Of a DNA stretch of 64,000 nt, positions 58,908 to 64,000 are shown one piece after another. The DNA lies in the NCBI GenBank assembly GCA_041747375.1, contig JBGTFH010000003.1, positions 8,324-72,323 on the forward strand, given 5' to 3'. The position numbers were made by a program, and so were the translations under genes. Within the stretch, counting starts at the first letter, position 1, and each line of letters starts with the position of its first letter. The notes under the pieces were generated by a model. That model was not told the DNA's origin and did not search any database. It was given only the letters and a program-made list of their open reading frames with translations. The stretch is from Acidimicrobiia bacterium (GTDB lineage: Bacteria; Actinomycetota; Acidimicrobiia; Spongiisociales; ZC4RG35).

Positions 58908-59466
58908 TCAATTCTTTTTCGCCTGTTTCATGAGGCGCTTCTTCTCACGGAGCTCGAGAACATCCTCGAATTCGGAGACATCGGCGATGCTTGGCCAATC
59001 AGCCGCTGCTTCCTCCCACCCGTCCGGTTGGATCCCAAGGCGCTTACCGAGCAACCCAACGAAAATCCTCGACTTTCCGTCCCCAAAGCCCGGCAAAGCT
59101 TTGAGGCGGCGAAGAAGCTCCTTGCCGCTGTCGGCGGTCATCCAGAGGTTTGCGGCTTCGCCGTCATACTCGTCGACTATCACCTGACACAGATCGCGGG
59201 CCCGCTTCGCCATTGCCGACGGGTAACGGTGGATGGCGGGCGGACCCTTGAAAATTTCCTCCAGGTCGGCGAGGTCCTTGTTCGCAATCCGGGACGCATC
59301 GAGCTCCTCGCCGAGACGGTCCTTCAGCAACTGCGGACCGTAGAACGCCCGCTCCATCGGGAATTGCTGGTCCAACAGCATCCCGATCAGGAGGGCGAGA
59401 TCGTCGGATGCGAGGAGGTGGTTGGCTTCATCGGATTCGGTGAAATTGAGGCGGTCGGGTCGATTC
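58908..59466 (-). CDS. HhH-GPD-type base-excision DNA repair family protein
   Basis: Start taken at MNRPDRLNF (ATG 59466-59464); the upstream extension in the ORF track is low-complexity. Confidence 0.45.
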
Positions 59467-59774
59467 ATAACCCGAACGGTAGCGTTTGAGCCGAAGGCCG
59501 AAGATAGAGGCCGAAGCAAAAAAGCCGAAGGCCGAAGATGGAGGCCGAGCGCCGAAAAGTGAAAAGACCGCCTAGGCGAGGATGCGAACCAGGACGTAGA
59601 GAACAAGCATCGCGATAGGGACGTAAGCTATCGATTCGAATGAAATTTCCCGCTTGAACCTCGTGCCATCCAACATATGAGCCCCCCAAAAGCTTCTGCT
59701 CTCAAACTAGCTCCCGGACCGATGCCCATCCATGAGGCGATCGACCCGTATCCATTGGATCAATCAAGGGTCAG

Positions 59775-60983
59775 ATGACAGATATCTACATCGTCGACGG
59801 ATGCCGGACTCCGATGGGAAAACTGGGCGGCCAGCTGGCACATGTCCGTCCCGACGATCTGGCAGTCCACGCTGTCAGCCGACTCCTCGCCCGCAACCCC
59901 AACGCACCCGCCCATCACATCGAGGACATCCAGTGGGGCGCGGCCAATCAGGCAGGTGAGGACAACCGCAATGTCGCCCGAATGGTCGCCTTGCTTGCCG
60001 GCATGCCCATCGAAACCTCGGGCGCAACCGTGAATAGGCTGTGCGGGTCGGGGATGCAGGCGATCATCTCATCCGCCCACGCATTGATGGCCGGATGGGG
60101 AGACCTCGCCATCGCCGGGGGATCCGAATCGATGAGCCGTTCTCCCTATGTTCAGATGAAGGCGGACCGCCCGTTTGCCACCGGAGCCCCTGAGACGGTC
60201 GACACGGTTCTCGGTTGGCGGCTCACCAACGACCGCATGAAGGAGATGTACCCCCCGATCACCCTGGGCATGACGGCCGAAAGAGTTGCCGACCGGTTCA
60301 ATGTCAGCCGGGAAGACCAGGATGCTTTTGCCCTGGAAAGTCATCGCCGCGCAGTCCGCGCCCAGGAGACAGGGGCCTTCAAAGACGAAATCGAACCGTT
60401 GGATGCCCCCACCGATGCTCGCGGCCGCCAACACACCACTATCGAATCCGACGAGGGGCCACGCCCCGATTCCAGCATGGAGTCTCTATCTCGCTTGGCC
60501 CCGGTGTTCCAGGAAGGAGGGACGGTGACGGCGGGGAACTCTTCTCCCATGAACGATGGTGCGGCAGCGCTTCTCCTCGCCACCGAAGCCGGGTTGGAGA
60601 GACACTCCCTGGAGCCAATGGCACGGATCGTGAGTTCCGCCGCAGCAGGCGTGCATCCAGACATAATGGGAATCGGGCCGGTTCCCGCCAGTCGTAAGGC
60701 CCTCCAACGTGCCGGTATTGGCATCAGCGACGTCGGTTTGGTCGAGTTGAACGAGGCGTTCGCCTCGCAGACGCTCGCATCGATGCGCGAGTTGGGGCTC
60801 AACCACGACATGGTCAATGTCAACGGCGGGGCGATCGCCATCGGACATCCATTGGGGGCCTCCGGAGCCCGTATCGTCGTGACCCTGGTGCACGAAATGC
60901 GGCGAAGCAACACTCGTTACGGCCTGGCGACAATGTGCATCGGGGTTGGCCAGGGTATAGGCCTGGTCGTCGAGCGTGTCTGA
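59775..60983 (+). CDS. acetyl-CoA C-acyltransferase (thiolase)
   Basis: 402 aa with the active-site Cys (VNRLCGSGMQA) and a C-terminal GHPLGASGAR...CIGVGQG motif. Confidence 0.85.
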   Translation: MTDIYIVDGCRTPMGKLGGQLAHVRPDDLAVHAVSRLLARNPNAPAHHIEDIQWGAANQAGEDNRNVARMVALLAGMPIETSGATVNRLCGSGMQAIISSAHALMAGWGDLAIAGGSESMSRSPYVQMKADRPFATGAPETVDTVLGWRLTNDRMKEMYPPITLGMTAERVADRFNVSREDQDAFALESHRRAVRAQETGAFKDEIEPLDAPTDARGRQHTTIESDEGPRPDSSMESLSRLAPVFQEGGTVTAGNSSPMNDGAAALLLATEAGLERHSLEPMARIVSSAAAGVHPDIMGIGPVPASRKALQRAGIGISDVGLVELNEAFASQTLASMRELGLNHDMVNVNGGAIAIGHPLGASGARIVVTLVHEMRRSNTRYGLATMCIGVGQGIGLVVERV

Positions 60984-62157
60984 TGGCCCCCTCCATGGAG
61001 TCACGGTTGCCGAGTTTGGCAACCTGATAGCGGCGCCGTACGCCGGAATGCTCCTCGCGGACCTCGGGGCCAGGGTGATCAAGGTCGAACCGCCCCAGGG
61101 AGACCTCGGACGGAGGTTCGGTCCCTTCCAGAATGGCGAGTCGGCATTCTTCATGGCCGTGAATCGGGGCAAGGAGTCGCTGGCCCTCGACACCAAAGAC
61201 TGGGTCTCCAAACGGGTGCTGGACAATCTGGTCAAGAAATCCGACGTCGTCCTGCACAATCTCCGGCGCGGTGCGATGGAGAGGCTCTCGCTCGGTGAAC
61301 CGCGCTGTCGGGAGCTGAACCCCTCCCTGATCTATACAGAGATCTCTGCCTTCGGGTCAACCGGCCCCTACGCCGACCGACCTGGCATCGACATCGTGTT
61401 TCAGGGTGAGTCAGGCATGATCTCGATCTCAGGCGACCCGAAAGACGGGCCGAGAAAGACCGCGACAACGATCGGTGACTACGTCGCAGGGACCAATGCA
61501 GCCCTGGCCACATGTGCCGCGCTCGTCGAATCTCCAACCGGGGGGCGCCGGATCGACATCTCTTTACGTGATGGGCTAATGGCGACGCAATCGGGATGGA
61601 ATGCGATCGCGTTCTCCACCGGGGAACAGCCCGAACGCACCGGGACGAGAAGTCCTTTCCTCGCACCGAACCAGGTGTTTGAAGCCTCGGACCAACCGTT
61701 CACCCTGGCGATCGTGTCCGATCGGCACTTTGAGTCGTTGTGCGGCGCTCTCGGCCTCGAAGACGTTGCAGCCAGGTACCCGACAAACGAGGATCGGATG
61801 CGGGAACAAAAGGGACTGATCCGCACCCTGTCCAGGTTGTTCGCCACCAAACCAGCGGGCCATTGGATCGATCTCATCGATTCGGCGGGAATACCGGTGG
61901 GGCCAGTGCTGACAATCGCCGAGGCCTTCGACGATCCCCAGGCGCGGCACAACGAGATGCTCGTCGAGTTTGACCATCCCGTCGCCGGAGTGGTTCGGGC
62001 AACCGGCAGTCCAATACGAGTCGACAACTCTCCGGCGAGGAGCAGGACGACACCACCCCTTCTCGGGGCGCACACGAGGAACCTGCTGATCGAACTGGGT
62101 GTCGATACCGATACCGTCACGAAAATGATCGCCGAAGGCAAAGCAGTCGAACCGTGA
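60976..62157 (+). CDS. family III CoA-transferase (CaiB/BaiF; e.g. alpha-methylacyl-CoA racemase-like)
   Basis: 393 aa with CaiB/BaiF motifs (GVTVAEFGNLIAAPYAGMLLADLGA..., catalytic Asp region). Confidence 0.8.
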   Translation: MSDGPLHGVTVAEFGNLIAAPYAGMLLADLGARVIKVEPPQGDLGRRFGPFQNGESAFFMAVNRGKESLALDTKDWVSKRVLDNLVKKSDVVLHNLRRGAMERLSLGEPRCRELNPSLIYTEISAFGSTGPYADRPGIDIVFQGESGMISISGDPKDGPRKTATTIGDYVAGTNAALATCAALVESPTGGRRIDISLRDGLMATQSGWNAIAFSTGEQPERTGTRSPFLAPNQVFEASDQPFTLAIVSDRHFESLCGALGLEDVAARYPTNEDRMREQKGLIRTLSRLFATKPAGHWIDLIDSAGIPVGPVLTIAEAFDDPQARHNEMLVEFDHPVAGVVRATGSPIRVDNSPARSRTTPPLLGAHTRNLLIELGVDTDTVTKMIAEGKAVEP

Positions 62158-62585
62158 TCCCACCACCTCGAATCCCTGCTGCGGTGGAGGTCACCCCGAG
62201 CGACGATCTCGCCGGATTCCTCTTCTGGATGGACGAAATCGGGCCTGGATGGCAAGACGTGAAATCCGAGTTGACCGAGGCATTTACCGGGGCGAGAGAG
62301 TCCGCCAAATCCGAGACGTCGATGGTTTTCATAGTCAAGAACGACGACCTCCTGGGGAGAAACGGGCCAACAAGGGCTATGGCCGCCGCCGGTTTGGTCT
62401 CAGCGGCAAGGACCGCGGCACTCGAAGGTGTTTCCAAAGGATGGACCGCCAACGTGGTTGCATACGACGTCATCGTTTCCCCGGCAGAGGTGCTCGGCCG
62501 GGCAAAGTTCGTCCTACAAAACGGAATCACCACCGGCGAGATAATCCACCTGGGCCCGGGCCACATCGGAAAGGCCCTGATTTGA
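62154..62585 (+). CDS. hypothetical protein with weak SDR C-terminal-like motif (possible non-catalytic partner)
   Basis: 143 aa with a GTG start overlapping the upstream TGA (GTGA). It lacks a Rossmann glycine motif. Confidence 0.35.
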   Translation: MIPPPRIPAAVEVTPSDDLAGFLFWMDEIGPGWQDVKSELTEAFTGARESAKSETSMVFIVKNDDLLGRNGPTRAMAAAGLVSAARTAALEGVSKGWTANVVAYDVIVSPAEVLGRAKFVLQNGITTGEIIHLGPGHIGKALI

Positions 62586-63280
62586 AGGGGACGATCGTTG
62601 TCACCGGGGCCGCCAGGGGGATCGGGAGGGTCATCGCCGAGAAGCTGGCCGAGAGCGGTCCTTTCACAGTCGTCGGCGTAGACCTATCCCCGGAGCTGGG
62701 CCTTTCTGAAGCGATCGTGCCGGTACAGGTCGACCTCACATCCGAATCTGGCCCGCAGCAGGTTCGCGAGACAGTCGAGGGACTTGGCCTGCCGCTCCTC
62801 GGATTGGTCAACAACGCCGGCATCACCCGCGACGCCCGCCTCGTCAACCTGACCGACACCGACTTCTCCGCCGTCCTCGAAGTGAATCTCGGAGCTGCGT
62901 TCAAGTTGACCACGGAACTCGCCCCACTCATGAAGGAGGGTGCCGCGGTCGTGAACATCGCGTCGCGGGCCTATCTGGGCAACTTCGGACAGTTCAACTA
63001 TTCGATGTCAAAGGGCGGGCTGGTGGGGATGACGAGAGCCCTCGCCATATCGCTGGCCCCCACAGTGAGGGTGAACGCTGTCGCCCCCGGTTTGATCGCG
63101 ACCGAGATGTCGAAGGCGATTCCGGAAAACATCAGAGAGAAGATGGTGTCGGCCATTCCCCTCGAGCGCATGGGCACCCCCGAGGAGATCGCCAACACCG
63201 TCTGGTTCCTGATATCGCCGCTCTCCTCCTACGTAACAGGAGAAGTCCTCGTGGTAGGGGGCGGCCGGAGTCTTACTTGA
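62582..63280 (+). CDS. short-chain dehydrogenase/reductase (FabG-like)
   Basis: TTG start overlaps the upstream TGA. Motifs are TGAARGIGR, NNAG and YSMSK. The ORF-track N-terminal extension is Arg-rich junk. Confidence 0.7.
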   Translation: MKGTIVVTGAARGIGRVIAEKLAESGPFTVVGVDLSPELGLSEAIVPVQVDLTSESGPQQVRETVEGLGLPLLGLVNNAGITRDARLVNLTDTDFSAVLEVNLGAAFKLTTELAPLMKEGAAVVNIASRAYLGNFGQFNYSMSKGGLVGMTRALAISLAPTVRVNAVAPGLIATEMSKAIPENIREKMVSAIPLERMGTPEEIANTVWFLISPLSSYVTGEVLVVGGGRSLT

Positions 63281-63295
63281 GTCGACGCAGCCTCC

Positions 63296-63358
63296 CATTT
63301 TTGGTTGATCGTGCATACGGTCCCGTTTTCCGGGACTCCATGCACGATCAACCCATTT
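63296..63358. terminator. compound hairpin between convergent genes (ttggttgatcgtgcat...atgcacgatcaaccca, with inner gtcccg-tttt-cgggac)
   Basis: 14-bp outer inverted repeat with a nested GC hairpin and flanking T-runs. Confidence 0.6.
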
Positions 63359-63397
63359 GGCCCGTTGGATCGCGCACCGAAACGAGGTCAGAGGCCC

Positions 63398-63844
63398 CTA
63401 GTAGTACGCCCTTGTGACCGTCTCGGCGACCATCGCCGGCTTGTCGCCACCCTCGACTTCGATGGTCACCAGCCGGTTGATTTGAAGACCACCGCTGACC
63501 TCGGTGACCGACACCAGGGTGACCCGGGCCCGTATTCGAGATCCGACCGGTACCGGGGCCGGGAAACGCACCTTTTCCAATCCATAGTTGATCCCCATCT
63601 TCGGCGATCCGAGGTCGAGTTCGATCTGGGAAGCCAGCGGAACAACCAATGCCAGGGTGAGAAAGCCGTGGGCGATCGTCCCACCGAACGGACCGGCTTT
63701 CGCCCTGTCCGCGTCAACGTGAATCCACTGGTGGTCGTCGGTTGCCTCGGCAAACTGATTGACCCGGTCCTGGTCGATCGTCATCCACTCGGTGACTCCG
63801 ATTTCCTGTCCGACCAGTTCCACGAGATTCTGGGGTATTTCCAT
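63398..63844 (-). CDS. MaoC-family (R)-specific enoyl-CoA hydratase (hotdog fold)
   Basis: 148 aa with hotdog hydratase motifs (DDHQWIHVD...GGTIAHG). Confidence 0.8.
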   Translation of the reverse strand: MEIPQNLVELVGQEIGVTEWMTIDQDRVNQFAEATDDHQWIHVDADRAKAGPFGGTIAHGFLTLALVVPLASQIELDLGSPKMGINYGLEKVRFPAPVPVGSRIRARVTLVSVTEVSGGLQINRLVTIEVEGGDKPAMVAETVTRAYY

Positions 63845-63898
63845 AATGCAATTGTGCCATTTCCACTCAGGCGGTGAATCAATAGTATGTTTGGGGCC

Positions 63899-64000
63899 AT
63901 GGCCAAAGAGACGAAGCTGATGGTCTGGATCGACCAGGACCTCTGCACAGGTGACGGAATCTGCGAGGAGATCACCCCCGACGTGTTCGTGGGGCGTGAC
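63899..64000 (+). CDS. ferredoxin (3Fe-4S/4Fe-4S single-cluster type), 3'-truncated at window edge
   Basis: MAKETKLMVWIDQDLCTGDGICEEITPDVF matches actinobacterial Fdx N-termini; it runs off the window. Confidence 0.55.
   Translation, partial: MAKETKLMVWIDQDLCTGDGICEEITPDVFVGRD

Noticed and set aside
62249-62581. 111-aa N-terminal extension of the SDR ORF (62249..63280)
   Set aside because: It is Arg-rich (RRPPGEKRANKGYGRRRFG...) and overlaps the preceding gene in another frame. The Rossmann motif begins right after the TTG at 62582.

Overview
This is a 64 kb high-GC (about 65-70% outside one AT-rich islet) chromosomal segment. Coding is dense on both strands and looks actinobacterial: a WhiB-like regulator, NucS, an F420/LLM oxidoreductase, an HbhA-like protein, the ClpS-DUF2017 pair, and a Rv0338c-like Fe-S reductase. 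About 75 protein-coding genes are supportable. I see no rRNA, tRNA or CRISPR array.

Housekeeping genes identified from their motifs include rimK, fba, nhaA, trmL, tag, lgt, serA, greA, mgtE, nadE, glnE, proC, udk and clpS.

The most notable points are these:
- **selD selenoprotein.** The six-frame track truncates selD (minus strand) because it contains an in-frame TGA. Read through, it gives ...YSHGAG-U-ACK..., a selenocysteine at the catalytic Cys position, followed by a candidate SECIS hairpin.
- **caa3-type oxidase operon.** A long, nearly gap-free minus-strand operon (20821..31023) carries ctaC (with a fused cytochrome c CxxCH), then ctaD, ctaE, ctaF and ctaB. It also carries two lipoproteins, a 12-TM membrane protein with a signal peptide, and a 47-aa membrane peptide coupled to it by an ATGA overlap. 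These extras are candidate oxidase-biogenesis or copper-handling factors.
- **AT-rich islet at 53082..55620.** It has a consensus promoter flanked by TTCGA-N6-TCGAA palindromes, a large ArsR-type regulator, and two and a half copies of a roughly 208 bp hairpin-rich MITE/REP-like repeat around a DUF559 (Vsr-like) endonuclease gene.
- **eRF1/Pelota-like protein.** A three-domain protein with a zinc ribbon and no GGQ motif lies downstream of clpS-DUF2017.
- **Hairpin clusters.** One intergenic region carries multiple hairpins.
- **Translational coupling.** Start/stop overlaps of the GTGA, ATGA and TGATG type are pervasive.

All calls rest on reading the supplied translations and raw sequence. No database search was run.
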